Part shown: piece by piece, positions 63,729 to 64,000 of the stretch | How positions within the stretch are numbered: position 1 is the stretch's first letter | Layout of the letters: each line of letters begins with the position of its first letter | Assembly (NCBI GenBank): GCA_963749175.1 | Contig: CAVVLM010000006.1 | Span: forward strand, 15,558-79,557 | Length of the DNA: 64,000 nucleotides | From: an uncultured Candidatus Saccharibacteria bacterium | GTDB taxonomy: Bacteria; Patescibacteriota; Saccharimonadia; Saccharimonadales; UBA4665 | Reading direction: 5' to 3' | The notes under the pieces: generated by a model | The model's input: the letters and a program-made list of their open reading frames with translations, nothing else | What the model was told of the DNA's origin: nothing | Database searches by the model: none | Translations under genes and position numbers: made by a program

Positions 63729-64000
63729 ATGTTAATGAAACTAAAAAGTTTATTTCCCTCTCTACCCCATGATCCGCTAAAGCGCTTTTTGGTAGTAGCG
63801 GTGCTATTAGTTGTACTTGTTATTCTGCAGTTTATGAACTTTGAGCAAAGCACTTTGCCGATACCGCATTACCGAGCGCCGTTTGTTAGCCTTAAAGCCA
63901 CACCAGCTTGTCTAACGTCAGTTAAAATGTATAGTTCGGCTTGCGTCAGTGAAATTACCTGTGTCGGACTGGTCAATCCGTTTACTCATGAAAGAGGCTT
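63729..64000 (+). CDS. partial ORF running off the window (membrane-anchored protein)
   Basis: ATG 63729, MLMKLKSLFPSLPHDPLKRFLVVAVLLVVLVILQF..., open to position 64000. Confidence 0.4.
   Translation, partial: MLMKLKSLFPSLPHDPLKRFLVVAVLLVVLVILQFMNFEQSTLPIPHYRAPFVSLKATPACLTSVKMYSSACVSEITCVGLVNPFTHERG

Noticed and set aside
1-64000. Alternative genetic code (UGA reassigned, as in some CPR lineages), and CRISPR arrays, rRNA or IS elements.
   Set aside because: TGA ends many ORFs of normal length (for example the ferredoxin, RHH antitoxin and GT2 genes). Long conserved genes contain no in-frame TGA. No direct-repeat/spacer arrays, rRNA-like segments, transposase ORFs or terminal inverted repeats were seen.

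Overview
64-kb window of a low-GC, compositionally mosaic bacterial chromosome (AT-rich stretches next to visibly GC-richer islands). It uses the standard genetic code: TGA terminates many ORFs, and the long conserved genes contain no in-frame TGA. Most of the roughly 75 plausible genes are small lineage-specific hypothetical, membrane or secreted proteins. The gene style (orphan type IV pilin, SipW/TasA-like fibre operon, a 1619-aa secreted propeller plus lectin-repeat protein, leaderless-type promoters) fits a reduced-genome Patescibacteria/CPR-like organism, possibly Saccharibacteria-like, but that is inference only. Recognisable genes:
- nitronate-monooxygenase-family flavoprotein plus an Asp-type ferredoxin
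- MsbA-like ABC exporter
- GtrA-GT2 / GT-C / processive GT2 glycosylation operon
- DHA2-family MFS exporter
- two GNATs
- VapBC-like and Phd/Doc-like toxin-antitoxin (TA) pairs
- cyclopropane-fatty-acid synthase
- AAA+ ATPase, MazG-like pyrophosphohydrolase, Pol-beta-type nucleotidyltransferase
- Cas4-like PD-(D/E)XK nuclease (frameshifted)
- coupling-protein-like ATPase plus a replication-relaxation protein
- DUF218/YdcF-like protein
I saw no rRNA, intact tRNA, CRISPR array, integrase or transposase.
Most notable observations:
1. Four minus-strand type III hammerhead ribozymes with complete catalytic cores and compensatory stem changes. Each sits 3' of a minus-strand gene, just after a strong GC-rich hairpin.
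2. Five same-orientation tRNA 3'-end fragments (four tRNA-Gln-like, one tRNA-Trp-like). They delimit small TA/cfa cassettes and a conjugation-type module.
3. A duplicated promoter-plus-leader element.
4. Several genes broken by frameshifts, which may be real decay or homopolymer indel errors.
All family assignments are motif recognition by eye, not database searches.
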